From an uncultured Hormoscilla sp. (GTDB lineage: Bacteria > Cyanobacteriota > Cyanobacteriia > Cyanobacteriales > Desertifilaceae), in assembly GCA_963921275.4 (NCBI GenBank), contig OZ001293.3, positions 2,848,001 through 2,912,000 of the forward strand: a stretch of 64,000 nt of DNA, given 5' to 3'. A model generated the notes under the pieces. The model was given only the letters and a program-made list of their open reading frames with translations, searched no databases and was not told the DNA's origin. Both the position numbers and the translations under genes were made by a program. Below, one piece after another: positions 32,607-42,924 of the stretch; within the stretch, counting starts at the first letter, position 1, and every line of letters starts with the position of its first letter.

Positions 32607-33173
32607 ATGGCAGACCTCAAGGCTAAGGTCACTCTCCAGAAAAAGGGCGACGAAGCATACATTTCCGTCAAGCAACTGATGGTGACCTTGAAATGGACCA
32701 AAGATGTCGATCTGGATTTGATGGCTTTCTATAAAGCCAAGGACTCACGGACTGGCGGTGTCTTCTCCGACAACTACCCAGGCGGTTCCATGGGAAGCCT
32801 CAACGAGTTTCCCTTCATTCAACTGAGCGGCGATGCCGGAGTTGGAGCTAAGGGCGGCGACAACGAGGAGATTTTGAGAATCACCAAGCTGGACGACTTG
32901 GCGGAACTCTACATTTGCACCTTAAACTACACGGACGCTAGTGAGAAGAAAGACGCCTCCTTCGGCAATTATGATGGTGGCATTGTCGTCATCGATGATA
33001 AAGGCGAGTCTGTTGCCGTTCCTTTGGACTCCACGGAATCGGGTCACGTGGCTGTTATTGCCAAGATTGACAATACAGGTCCCATGGGTGCCAAGTTGAT
33101 CAACGAAAACCGGATTGTCACATTGGAGACTTTCTTCAGCGATATTCCCGGCGCTAATAAACTCGCGGGTTAA
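32607..33173 (+). CDS. Divergent TerD-like stress protein, paralogue 1
   Basis: LKW..VDLDLMAFY...PFIQLSGDAGVG...NEEILRI...AVIAKID; AAGGAG RBS. Confidence 0.8.
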   Translation: MADLKAKVTLQKKGDEAYISVKQLMVTLKWTKDVDLDLMAFYKAKDSRTGGVFSDNYPGGSMGSLNEFPFIQLSGDAGVGAKGGDNEEILRITKLDDLAELYICTLNYTDASEKKDASFGNYDGGIVVIDDKGESVAVPLDSTESGHVAVIAKIDNTGPMGAKLINENRIVTLETFFSDIPGANKLAG

Positions 33174-33248
33174 AGCTAGTCCCCGTTCCTGTTGCCCTTC
33201 CCCTGCTCTCACGGGGAGGGCAAGATCGCGTTAAAGTTAAGGTGCCTA

Positions 33249-34277
33249 ATGAGCTCTCAAATCACTACCTATCATCTGCAACGAGAAAATAATCCCCGTC
33301 GCCAAACAGCTCTCAGCTTTCCTTTCCTGGGCCAGTTAGGATTAACTTCCGAACCCGATTTGCTCGCCTGTAGAAAACACTTACAAGTGCTGCTGCGGTC
33401 AGCGGCATGCCAAAAGCCGATATCGGGAGAGCCTTTAATTATTGGCTTAGCTGAATCGGGAATTATCCCCTCTGGTCTGATGCATCAAGTGGTCAGAGAA
33501 CGGCAGATCTCCGCAGGCTGGATCTGTTCTACCCGCAGGCGGGCTTCTGGGATTCGCTTTATGGAAAGCCATTCCCACAGTCCCTATCATATCCTACCTC
33601 TGCCCCAATTTCAACCCACTCAATTATGGTTCGTAGAAGATGAAATTACTACAGGTCGGACTATCTTAAATTTAGCCCTGCATCTGTGCTCCCTGCTACA
33701 AGTTCGCCAGATGAGATTCTTCACCATCGCCGATAGCCGCAGCCCTGCCCAAATTGCCCAGTTTGAGTCCATTCTTGCCGAGCGCGACATCCAGTTCTCT
33801 ACCCATACTTTAATTCGTTTACCTCCCGATCGCCAATATCTCGCCCAAGACTTACTGCCTCAAGATATTATCATTAGTGAGGATCTGATTGTCAAAGAGC
33901 GAGATAAAATTCAGAGCCAATGGCACTTGTCTGGGCAACGAGCAGCCCGGCAAACACAATGGCATATAGTGCCGGATTTACCAAACAATCTGGAAGGTTC
34001 CCTTTTGGCGATCGGGGAGGCGATCGATTTAGCCTGGAGAATGGTGCGGGGGAATCCCAAATTATCCTTTCAGCATATCACCCTCAATCCCTGGCGCGTT
34101 GATGGCATCAATATTCAGCATCGCTTAGATATTTGTGATAAATATTATCTCTATAACTACAAGCACCTGAAGTCCCCCATCTACCTCCTCTATGACCCCC
34201 AGGACCGGGCGATCGCCTCAGGGGCTAAAAAAAAATTATCCCAAGCAGGATTTACCGTCAATAATTTGATCTTCTAG
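33249..34277 (+). CDS. Ter-cluster phosphoribosyltransferase (PRTase plus TRSP-like region)
   Basis: IIGLAES, CSTRR, FMESHSHSPYH, FVEDEITTGRT PRPP-binding loop. Confidence 0.8.
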   Translation: MSSQITTYHLQRENNPRRQTALSFPFLGQLGLTSEPDLLACRKHLQVLLRSAACQKPISGEPLIIGLAESGIIPSGLMHQVVRERQISAGWICSTRRRASGIRFMESHSHSPYHILPLPQFQPTQLWFVEDEITTGRTILNLALHLCSLLQVRQMRFFTIADSRSPAQIAQFESILAERDIQFSTHTLIRLPPDRQYLAQDLLPQDIIISEDLIVKERDKIQSQWHLSGQRAARQTQWHIVPDLPNNLEGSLLAIGEAIDLAWRMVRGNPKLSFQHITLNPWRVDGINIQHRLDICDKYYLYNYKHLKSPIYLLYDPQDRAIASGAKKKLSQAGFTVNNLIF

Positions 34278-34283
34278 AAAAAC

Positions 34284-35276
34284 ATGGAATTTCTAACAAA
34301 TTTGGACAGAAAAAATCTTTGGAATCAACCGGTATACGCCCAGTTTCTGGCGGAAATTGACCCCTTTAGAGACTTTCAATATTTTCGGAAATATTTTGCT
34401 TATGATGGCCAGAATACCTTTTGGTCAAAACCTTGCCCAGAACCAAACCTGGAGGACGAGTTTTGGCAATTGGTACTCTCAAAACTAGCAGATGAAAAAT
34501 TGCAACTGGCTGCTACTCGCCTCGCTGCTGCTATTATCGCTACAGCCCCCGATCCTAGCAAGTTACTCTTTGTAGCTATTTTAAGAGGCGGTGTCCCGAT
34601 CGCAGATTGGCTTTGTCGCCTACTACCGGGATCGGTGGCGGTGGCCTTATCTCTATTTGTGGGCATAGGCATCGATCGAGTGGCTTTGCAAAACGTGCGA
34701 TCGCATTATCCCGATCGGCAAATCATCTTTGTTGACGGTTGGACTGGTAAAGGTGGCGTAGCCAGAGAATTATCAAAACTGGGACATTGTTCCGGAAAAA
34801 TCGGACCCCTAGCAGTTTTAATTGACCCTTGGGGCTGGGCAGATTTTTCTGGTGCAGTTGACGATCTATTCTGTCCCACAGCTTGTTTCACTGGCGTCGC
34901 TACTCTCGGCTTTTCTAGTGGCTTCTATGTAGACGATCGCCGTTTATTTGCCTCGTACCTATTTCCCGAAGCCTATTGTCGCCCCCAATTAGTTACAACC
35001 TGGCAGAACTCTTGCCCTCAATTGCCATCAACAACGCCACCAGAGAAGCAACGCTTTTGGTTAGAAACAGACTTGAGAATACATAGCAATGAAGTTTGCC
35101 GTGGCTTAATGAATGCCAATCCGGATACCCTCTATTTTGCCGACGATCGCATCTACGTTCGAGAACATTATAGCCTGATATTGGCTTTAGCCGAGCGGCG
35201 GCGTGTAAACATTGTCTATAATGCCAAGCATTTAGCAGATTACCGAACCCGCGTTGCCTGCTCCTTTCAGAAATGA
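34284..35276 (+). CDS. StiP-like / PRTase-fold Ter-cluster protein
   Basis: AILRGGVP, IIFVDGWTGKG, LAVLIDP, DDLFCP. Confidence 0.8.
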   Translation: MEFLTNLDRKNLWNQPVYAQFLAEIDPFRDFQYFRKYFAYDGQNTFWSKPCPEPNLEDEFWQLVLSKLADEKLQLAATRLAAAIIATAPDPSKLLFVAILRGGVPIADWLCRLLPGSVAVALSLFVGIGIDRVALQNVRSHYPDRQIIFVDGWTGKGGVARELSKLGHCSGKIGPLAVLIDPWGWADFSGAVDDLFCPTACFTGVATLGFSSGFYVDDRRLFASYLFPEAYCRPQLVTTWQNSCPQLPSTTPPEKQRFWLETDLRIHSNEVCRGLMNANPDTLYFADDRIYVREHYSLILALAERRRVNIVYNAKHLADYRTRVACSFQK

Positions 35277-35372
35277 CTGGTATTGGGGAAGGGTCGCCTC
35301 AAAAGGTTGCAATTAACCATCAAGCATCTTAAGTTATGCTATAATCGAGTCAGTAGCGTAGGAAAAAGAGAT

Positions 35373-36152
35373 ATGTCTCAGTCAGTAGCGCCTGCGAAAA
35401 CCATGACATTTGAGGAATATCGGTTCTACCAGGGAGAACCGAATGTTCTGTACGAGCTATTCCGAGGACATTTGATACCAATGGCAACGCCAACATCTCT
35501 GCATACCAGAATCTGCAATTTTCTCGCCTATATCTTCTGGCGTCATTTTGCCAGTCAAAATCTAGCATTAATTGCCACAGATTTTACTGGAGTCAGAACA
35601 GAAGCGGATTCATCTCGCATTCCAGATGTGGTAGTTTGCTCTGCCGAACTCTGGGAGCAATGCTGTGCCAGACCGGGTGCTGGTATTCTGGACTTTGGGG
35701 AAGTGCCAACTCTAGTAGTTGAAGTCACTAGCGAAAATTGGCGGGAAGATTATGTCCGCAAACGGGCTGAATATGCCTCGCTCGATATTCTCGAATATTG
35801 GATAGTAGACCCGAACAAGGAGCAAGTATGGATTTTGAGTAATCCTGAAGGTCAGCGTGGTTACGATCGGGTAGAATATACAAGAGGGCAATCCTTCAGG
35901 TCTGTGCAGTTTTCCCAACTGGTTTTATCAGTTAATACAGTCCTTGCTCCTCCAGTGGTGGAGGATTTAATCAGGGAAGAGCAAGCACAACTGCGACAGG
36001 TTGAACAACAGAGAGATGAAGAGCGACAACGGGTCGATCGGGAGCGACAACGGGCAGATCGGGAGCGACAACGGGCAGATCGGGAGCGACAACGAGCAGA
36101 ACAATTGGCTGCTAAATTAAAGGAAATGGGATTAGACCCAGATACGATCTAG
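35373..36152 (+). CDS. Uma2 (DUF820) endonuclease-fold protein, copy 1
   Basis: RIPDVVV, LVVEVTS, DYVRKRAEYA, EYWIVDP; ERQRADR coiled tail; TGCTATAAT upstream. Confidence 0.9.
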   Translation: MSQSVAPAKTMTFEEYRFYQGEPNVLYELFRGHLIPMATPTSLHTRICNFLAYIFWRHFASQNLALIATDFTGVRTEADSSRIPDVVVCSAELWEQCCARPGAGILDFGEVPTLVVEVTSENWREDYVRKRAEYASLDILEYWIVDPNKEQVWILSNPEGQRGYDRVEYTRGQSFRSVQFSQLVLSVNTVLAPPVVEDLIREEQAQLRQVEQQRDEERQRVDRERQRADRERQRADRERQRAEQLAAKLKEMGLDPDTI

Positions 36153-36453
36153 AACCTAAGGGAAGGAGTGGGGTGCATCTCAATGCAAGAATCAAGAAAC
36201 CCGGTAATTCCGGCAAAACCTGATTTCTGGGCAAAAGAGTGAATATACCCGCCGCAAAAGTGAGATACTCCCGAAGGAGTTCTCTGTAGCGCTGCGCATA
36301 ATACGGAGTTCGGAGTTATATCCGAACCCGCATTACTCGATTCTTTCAGAAATGACTGATAATTAAGTAAACGATCGCCTCAAAAGGTTGCAATTAACCA
36401 TCAAGCATCTTAAGTTATGCTATAATCGAGTCAGTAGCGTAAAAAAAAGAGAT

Positions 36454-37338
36454 ATGTCTCAGTCAGTAGCGCCTGCGAAAACCATGACATTTGAGGAATA
36501 TCAGTTCTACCAGGGAGAACCGAATGTTCTGTACGAGCTATTCCGAGGACATTTGATACCAATGGCAACGCCAACATCTCTGCATGCCAGAATCTGCAAT
36601 TTTCTCGCCTATATCTTCTGGCGTCATTTTGCCAGTCAAAATCTAGCATTAATTGCCACAGATTTTACTGGAGTCAGAACAGAAGCGGATTCATCTCGTA
36701 TTCCAGATGTGGTAGTTTGCTCTGCCGAACTCTGGGAGCAATGCTGTGCCAGACCGGGTGCTGGTATTCTGGACTTTGGGGAAGTGCCAACTCTAGTAGT
36801 TGAAGTCACTAGCGAAAATTGGCGGGAAGATTATGTCCGCAAACGAGCTGAATATGCCTCGGTCGATATTCCCGAATATTGGATAGTAGACCCGAACAAG
36901 GAGCAAGTATGGATTTTGAGTAATCCTGAAGGTCAGCGTGGTTACGATCGGGTAGAATATACAAGAGGGCAATCCTTCAAGTCTGTGCAGTTTCCCCAAC
37001 TGGTTTTATCAGTTAATACAGTGCTTGCGCCTCCAGTGGTGGAGGATTTAATCAGGGAAGAACAAGCACAACTGCAACAGGTTGAACAAGAGAGAGAGCA
37101 AGAGCGACAACGGGCCGAGCAGGAGCGACAACGGGCAGAAGAAAAGCAACAACTCGCCGAGCAGGAGCGACAACGGGCCGAACAGGAGCGACAACGGGCA
37201 GATCGGGAGCGACAACGGGCAGATCGGGAGCGACAACGGGCAGAAGAAAAGCAACAACTCGCCGAGCAGGAGCGACAACGGGCCGAACAATTGGCTGCTA
37301 AATTACAGGAAATGGGATTAGACCCAGATACAATCTAG
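36454..37338 (+). CDS. Uma2 (DUF820) protein, copy 2 with expanded coiled tail
   Basis: Near-identical to copy 1. Confidence 0.9.
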   Translation: MSQSVAPAKTMTFEEYQFYQGEPNVLYELFRGHLIPMATPTSLHARICNFLAYIFWRHFASQNLALIATDFTGVRTEADSSRIPDVVVCSAELWEQCCARPGAGILDFGEVPTLVVEVTSENWREDYVRKRAEYASVDIPEYWIVDPNKEQVWILSNPEGQRGYDRVEYTRGQSFKSVQFPQLVLSVNTVLAPPVVEDLIREEQAQLQQVEQEREQERQRAEQERQRAEEKQQLAEQERQRAEQERQRADRERQRADRERQRAEEKQQLAEQERQRAEQLAAKLQEMGLDPDTI

Positions 37339-37614
37339 AATAGTCACCTTTCATGTCGCGAGTGCAAAACGAACGCCAGATGCCAGATGCGGGCAGATCG
37401 CCATAGCCCAGAAACCAGGTTTTTGCAAAAAACCCGGTTTCTTTATACGCAGTGCGCGACACCAGGAGCGCTATTGATTCTTGAGATGCTCCCAGGTTTT
37501 CGCCAAATGACTCGGCTGTCCCAAAAACGGATAATTTTATTTCAAAACCCTGCGTTTGAGTTCCTTCTGACAACCAACAACTGACAACCAACAACTGACA
37601 ACCAACAACTGACA

Positions 37615-38298
37615 ATGGAAAAAGTTTTAGCTGTAGATTTGGATGGGACCCTGCTGCATCCCGAACCAGAGGTGATCGCAGTCTGGGGTCGTTCCCGTTA
37701 CCAGTATATGAGTTCAATGGCAGCCCAGCTACTAGAGGAAATTAGTCACCAGATGCCAGTGGCGATCGCCAGCGCCCGGAATGCCCAAAGCGTCAAAATA
37801 CTGGTGGACCAACTGCCGCAGGTAAACTTTTGTGGCTTTGTCACCGAAAATGGTCTGGTAGCCAGAAGGCACCTGCACCCAGTTGCCAATGGATCTGAGT
37901 GGGACATAGTAGCCAATTTACTCCCAGATTGGCTGCGCATCACCGGTTACGAACAATGTCTCGGTCTGATTCCGCCCACATCTGTGGACAACCCGGAAGC
38001 CATGTTGCGGTCCGTTCTCTGCCAAACAGGCAAGCATGGATATATTTACTTAGACCAACATAAAATATTTGTCTATCCAGCCCGGAGCAGCAAACTATCC
38101 GGACTGGGGCAGTTGGGCCTCGAACCCCGGATGGCCCTGGGCAACGACCTGAATGACTTGGACATGCTGGGACATTCCCTGCACCCAGCTACTCTGGCTA
38201 ATGGGCATCAAAAATTCAAAGATGTGGTTAAATTAAAGCCAGGGGGTTACTGCTCCCCCGCCGTGTCTCATGCTGGGACAGGAGATATATTATTATGA
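37615..38298 (+). CDS. HAD-superfamily phosphatase
   Basis: DLDGTLL, ASAR, GNDLNDLDML. Confidence 0.85.
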   Translation: MEKVLAVDLDGTLLHPEPEVIAVWGRSRYQYMSSMAAQLLEEISHQMPVAIASARNAQSVKILVDQLPQVNFCGFVTENGLVARRHLHPVANGSEWDIVANLLPDWLRITGYEQCLGLIPPTSVDNPEAMLRSVLCQTGKHGYIYLDQHKIFVYPARSSKLSGLGQLGLEPRMALGNDLNDLDMLGHSLHPATLANGHQKFKDVVKLKPGGYCSPAVSHAGTGDILL

Positions 38299-38421
38299 AT
38301 TAAGATCCTTTGCGCCAGCAGATATAGTACCGTGGGGATTTAGTTCCCTTCATTACGTTACGGAAAATTGCGTCTGGTTGATTGTTAAGTTACAATCAGC
38401 AATTCAGATAAAGGATAAAAC

Positions 38422-38988
38422 ATGGCAGAACTGAAAGCAAAATTAACCCTAGGAAAAAAAGGCGATGAAGCCTACATTCCCATCCACAAACTGATAGTTA
38501 CCCTGCATTGGACTGCAAATGTAGATTTGGACCTGATGGCATTCTACAAAACTAAGTCCGATCGCACCGGTGCAGTATTGTCCGCAAATTACCCAGGCGG
38601 GAACCAGGGCAGTCTCAGTAGTTTCCCTTATATTCAACTCAGTCAGGATGCTGGTGTAGGGGCGAGAGGCGGGGATAATCAGGAAGAGTTAGGGATCTCC
38701 AAATTGGATGAAATGGCAGAAGTATACATCTGCACCATCAACTATACTGATGCCAGCGCCAGGAAAGATAGCTCGTTCAGCGACTATGATGGTGGTGTGG
38801 TGGTGCGAGACGACAGAGGTGAGTCGGTAGCGATTCCTTTGGATGCAACGGAAAAAGGTCACATTGCCATTATCGCGAAAATTGATAATACTAGCCCCAT
38901 CGGTGCGAAACTGATTAACGAAAACCGGATCGTCAGTTTAGGCAAATTCGCTAGTAGCATTCCCGGTGCGGAAAATCTTTTGGGCTAA
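38422..38988 (+). CDS. Divergent TerD-like protein, paralogue 2
   Basis: Collinear with 32607 over its full 188 aa. Confidence 0.8.
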   Translation: MAELKAKLTLGKKGDEAYIPIHKLIVTLHWTANVDLDLMAFYKTKSDRTGAVLSANYPGGNQGSLSSFPYIQLSQDAGVGARGGDNQEELGISKLDEMAEVYICTINYTDASARKDSSFSDYDGGVVVRDDRGESVAIPLDATEKGHIAIIAKIDNTSPIGAKLINENRIVSLGKFASSIPGAENLLG

Positions 38989-39012
38989 CAGGAGATTCAT
39001 TGGAGTCAAAAT

Positions 39013-39579
39013 ATGGCGGAACTAAAATCGAAAGTCACTCTCCAAACTAAGGGAGAGGAAGCATATATACCGATCAAGCAGTTAATGGTCACCCTCAGCT
39101 GGACTGCCGACGTAGATTTGGACTTGATGGCATTCTATCAAACTAAGGATGGTCGCACTGGGGGAGTGGTGTCTGATAACTATCCCGGTGGGGACATGGG
39201 TTCCTTAAATAGCTTTCCTTTTATTCAACTGAGTGGCGATGCTGGTGTGGGTGCAGTCGGTGGCGAGAATGAAGAAGTGTTACGCATCACTCGCCTCGAT
39301 GATATGGCCTTCGTCTATATCTGCACTATTAACTATACCGACGCGATCGAGAAAAAAGAATCCTCTTTCAGCGCCTATGATGGTAATATCAGAGTGGTAG
39401 ACCACCAGGGTGAATCGGTAGAAGTGCCGTTGAATTCGCCGGAAACAGGAGCAGTGGCTGTGGTGGCCAAAATCGACAATACTAGCCCGATCGGTGCTAA
39501 GTTGATTAACGAAAACCGGATTATTAGTTTAGATACTTTCGAGACGGACATTCCTGGCTCTCACGTAATTTTAGCTTAG
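39013..39579 (+). CDS. Divergent TerD-like protein, paralogue 3
   Basis: Collinear with 32607 over its full 188 aa. Confidence 0.8.
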   Translation: MAELKSKVTLQTKGEEAYIPIKQLMVTLSWTADVDLDLMAFYQTKDGRTGGVVSDNYPGGDMGSLNSFPFIQLSGDAGVGAVGGENEEVLRITRLDDMAFVYICTINYTDAIEKKESSFSAYDGNIRVVDHQGESVEVPLNSPETGAVAVVAKIDNTSPIGAKLINENRIISLDTFETDIPGSHVILA

Positions 39580-39596
39580 CATAGGAGGTACAGCTG

Positions 39597-40040
39597 ATGA
39601 GTTTTATGGATTGGCTCAACACCCAGAGAAAAAATCTGCAAGAGGCGGTTGGCCGCTTTAAAAACAAAGACTTTCTGGAAGCAGTTGTGGCAGGGTGCGC
39701 CTTGGTGGCGGCGGCGGACGGACATATCGATCCTTCCGAAAAGCAAAAGATGACGGGTTTCATCGAACGCAGTCCCGAACTCCGTGTTTTTGAGATGAGG
39801 GAGGTGCTGGAGAAGTTTAACAAGTATGCATCGGATTTTGAATTCAATTTTGAAATCGGCAAGCGACAAGCATTAAACGCTGTGGTCAAAATTAGGGAGA
39901 ATGAAGAAGCAGCCAAATTGTTGGTGACGGTTTGTTGCGCGATCGGGGCTGCGGACGGCTATTTTGATGATGATGAGAAGAACATTATCAGAGAAATGTG
40001 CAGAGAATTAACCTTAAGTCCAGCGGAATTTAAGTTGTAA
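39597..40040 (+). CDS. terB: Tellurite-resistance TerB family protein
   Basis: FKNKDFLEAVVAGCALVAAADGHIDPSEK...AIGAADGYFDDDEK. Confidence 0.88.
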   Translation: MSFMDWLNTQRKNLQEAVGRFKNKDFLEAVVAGCALVAAADGHIDPSEKQKMTGFIERSPELRVFEMREVLEKFNKYASDFEFNFEIGKRQALNAVVKIRENEEAAKLLVTVCCAIGAADGYFDDDEKNIIREMCRELTLSPAEFKL

Positions 40041-40113
40041 AAAATGTTGGCTTCGGGTGGGCATTGCCCACCTAAATCAAAAAAATATTGTTCCCAAAAA
40101 CTCAGGTATAATT

Positions 40114-41499
40114 ATGGCAGAAATTAAAGCAAAAGTAACGCTGACCAAAAAGGGAGAAGAAGCTTACGTCTCAGTTAAGCAGTTGATAGCAAAGCTGAAA
40201 TGGACAGCAGCAGTGGACTTAGATTTGATGGCTTTTTATCAAGCCAAGAATGGTCGAGTAGGGGCTGTGTTTTCAGAGCATTATAGCGGCGGCTCAATGG
40301 GGAGTCTGAATTCATTTCCGTTCATGCAATTGAGTGAAGATGCCGGTACTGATGCTACGGAGGACAAAGATGAAGAAGTCTTGCGCATTACAAAATTAGA
40401 TGATTTGGCAGCAGTTTATATCTGCACGATAAACTTCACGGAGGCGATGGAAAATCGACAGACTTCCTTCAGCAATTACGATGTTCATGTATTGCTGATT
40501 GATGACAAAAACGAATCTGTAGCAGTACCTCTAGATTCTCCCCAGTCTGGCACTGTCGCAGTCATTGCTAAAATTGACAACACTGGCTTTATGGGCGCTA
40601 AGTTGGTGAATGAAAACCAGATTATGGATCTGGGGACATTTCAAGCAACTATTCCCGGTGCCAGCAGCTTGCAATTGTTATCTAAAGCCGCTTTACTAGA
40701 GAAAAAGCTGGAACAGCAAGCGCCCCAAATTTGGCAGCTGGCTAAGAAGGCAACTCTGGCAATTAAAAAAGCCAACCTGACGGATCACCGAGCTAAGGTG
40801 GCTCTTTGCCTTGATATATCGGCGTCCATGAGTTCTCTGTATAGGTCAGGGAAAATTCAACAGTTTGCCGAGAAGATTCTGGCCTTGGGATGTCGCTTTG
40901 ACGATAATGGGTCGATCGACATCTTCCTGTTTGGGGCTAATTCCCATAGCGTCGGGGAAATGAATATTGATAATTTCGCCAACTTTATTCCGCAGATCCT
41001 GAAGAAGTACCCCCTGGAAGGTTCTACTTACTATGGCAAGGCGATGCAGACGATCAGAAACTTCTATTACCCCGACGGTAAGGGAAAAGTGAGAAAGTCA
41101 CCATTGGCCTCAAATATCCCAGTTTACGTGATGTTTGTAACCGATGGAGCCACCTTTGACGAGCAGATTACCGAACAACAGCTGAAGTGGTCCTCCTATG
41201 AGCCGATTTTCTGGCAATATATGGCGATCGGAAAGTCCCGCCGGGACATCAAAAAAGGGGGGTTAGGGGGTTTTGTAGCCAAAGCATTTGCTAGTGATTT
41301 TAAGTTTCTGGAACGCCTGGACGAAATGAGGGGTAGATACCTGGACAATGCCAATTTCTTCAGCGTGGAAGATCCCGAAAGCATCTCGGATGATGAACTA
41401 TACGAACTGCTGATGAGTGAATATCCTACCTGGGTGAAATTAGCGCAGAACAAAGATCTATTACGCTCAATAGTGTGGGCACCACCGTCCACTAGATAA
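40114..41499 (+). CDS. TerD-like module fused to a vWA (TerF-associated) domain
   Basis: Same N-terminal module; AKVALCLDISASM MIDAS, FDDNG, FVTDG, PIFWQY, LDNANFF. Confidence 0.85.
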   Translation: MAEIKAKVTLTKKGEEAYVSVKQLIAKLKWTAAVDLDLMAFYQAKNGRVGAVFSEHYSGGSMGSLNSFPFMQLSEDAGTDATEDKDEEVLRITKLDDLAAVYICTINFTEAMENRQTSFSNYDVHVLLIDDKNESVAVPLDSPQSGTVAVIAKIDNTGFMGAKLVNENQIMDLGTFQATIPGASSLQLLSKAALLEKKLEQQAPQIWQLAKKATLAIKKANLTDHRAKVALCLDISASMSSLYRSGKIQQFAEKILALGCRFDDNGSIDIFLFGANSHSVGEMNIDNFANFIPQILKKYPLEGSTYYGKAMQTIRNFYYPDGKGKVRKSPLASNIPVYVMFVTDGATFDEQITEQQLKWSSYEPIFWQYMAIGKSRRDIKKGGLGGFVAKAFASDFKFLERLDEMRGRYLDNANFFSVEDPESISDDELYELLMSEYPTWVKLAQNKDLLRSIVWAPPSTR

Positions 41500-41657
41500 G
41501 TAGTGGGCACCACCCAATACCTCAAGGGATAGCAGGGAGCAGGGAGCAGTGATAAGATAAGTAGGGTGGGCACCGCCCACCAAGTGAAATGAGTGATAAG
41601 ATAAGTAGGGTGGGCACCGCCCACCAGCTGGATTAAATTAGATAAGAGGAGAAGAAA

Positions 41658-42845
41658 ATGGCAGAACTGAAAGCAAAAAGAATTCTGAAGGCAAAGGGTG
41701 AAGAAGCATATGTTTCACTCAAGCAACTGATGACATCTCTGAAATGGACGGCGGCAGTTGACTTGGATTTGATGGCATTTTACAAGGCCAAAGACGGTCG
41801 CGTGGGTGGGATTTTCTCAGATAATTACGCTGGGGGTTCGATGGGTAGCCTCAACTCATTTCCTTTCATCCAGCTGAGTGGAGATGCTGGGGTAGGGGCC
41901 ACGGGGGGCGAGAATGAAGAAACTCTCCGCATTACGAAACTGGATGATTTGGCAGAACTCTATATCTGCACGATTAATTTTACTGATGCGGTGCAGAACC
42001 GCGATCGCGCCTTTAGCAGTTATGATGCTTACGTAGTGGTTGTCGATGACAAGGGCGAATCAGTGGCAGTACCTCTGGATTCTACGGAACCGGGAACAGT
42101 GGCAGCGATCGCCAAAATTGATAACACCGGATTCATGGGAGCTAAAATGATTAATGAAAACCGGGTGATGGATATGGCAACCTTCCAAAAAACTATTCCC
42201 GGGGCCAATACCCTGAAACTTTCTTCCAAAGTGGTGCTGCAACGCAAGGGAGATTCGGCACGACTGAAGGCGAAATCTGGTGGCGGACTGGGGGAAATTT
42301 TGATCAATCTTAACTGGAATCAGGGACAACCGCAGCCGCAAAAAAAAGGTTTATTGGGAACATTGCTGGGGGGAGGACAAAGCGGCGGCATTGACCTGGA
42401 CCTGGGTTGCTTGTTTGAAATGACTTCCGGAGAAAAGGGCGCGATCCAACCCTTGGGAAATGCCTTTGGTGCTTTCGATCGCCCTCCATTTATTCTCCAT
42501 TGCGGGGACGATCGCACGGGTGCATGGTCATCAGGGGAAAATATGCGAATAAATGGGGACAAAATTCGGGAAATCAAACGGGTTTTGATCTATGCTTATA
42601 TCTACGAAGGTGTTGCCAATTGGTTAGAAGCAGATGGCATTGTCACCATTATCCAGTCCGGTACCCCCGATATCGTCGTGGCCTTGGACGAGGCACGAAA
42701 CAAAATGGTGATGTGCGCGATCGCCTTATTTGAGAATATCGGCGATACCTTCAGGGTCAAGAAAGTCGTGCAATATTTCTCTGGACAACCAGAAATGGAT
42801 CGGGCCTTCAACTGGGGACTGCAATGGGTCGCTGGATCTAAATAA
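41658..42845 (+). CDS. TerD-like module fused to a TerA-type domain
   Basis: INLNW...IDLDLGCLFE...IQPLGNAFG...GDDRTG...GENMRIN...MDRAFNWGLQWVAGSK. Confidence 0.85.
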   Translation: MAELKAKRILKAKGEEAYVSLKQLMTSLKWTAAVDLDLMAFYKAKDGRVGGIFSDNYAGGSMGSLNSFPFIQLSGDAGVGATGGENEETLRITKLDDLAELYICTINFTDAVQNRDRAFSSYDAYVVVVDDKGESVAVPLDSTEPGTVAAIAKIDNTGFMGAKMINENRVMDMATFQKTIPGANTLKLSSKVVLQRKGDSARLKAKSGGGLGEILINLNWNQGQPQPQKKGLLGTLLGGGQSGGIDLDLGCLFEMTSGEKGAIQPLGNAFGAFDRPPFILHCGDDRTGAWSSGENMRINGDKIREIKRVLIYAYIYEGVANWLEADGIVTIIQSGTPDIVVALDEARNKMVMCAIALFENIGDTFRVKKVVQYFSGQPEMDRAFNWGLQWVAGSK

Positions 42846-42924
42846 TTCTGATGTCTCGTAGGACGGGCAGATGGCCTGTCCGTTCTCAATTTGCAATTCT
42901 CAATTTAAAATTGCGAGGCGAAAA

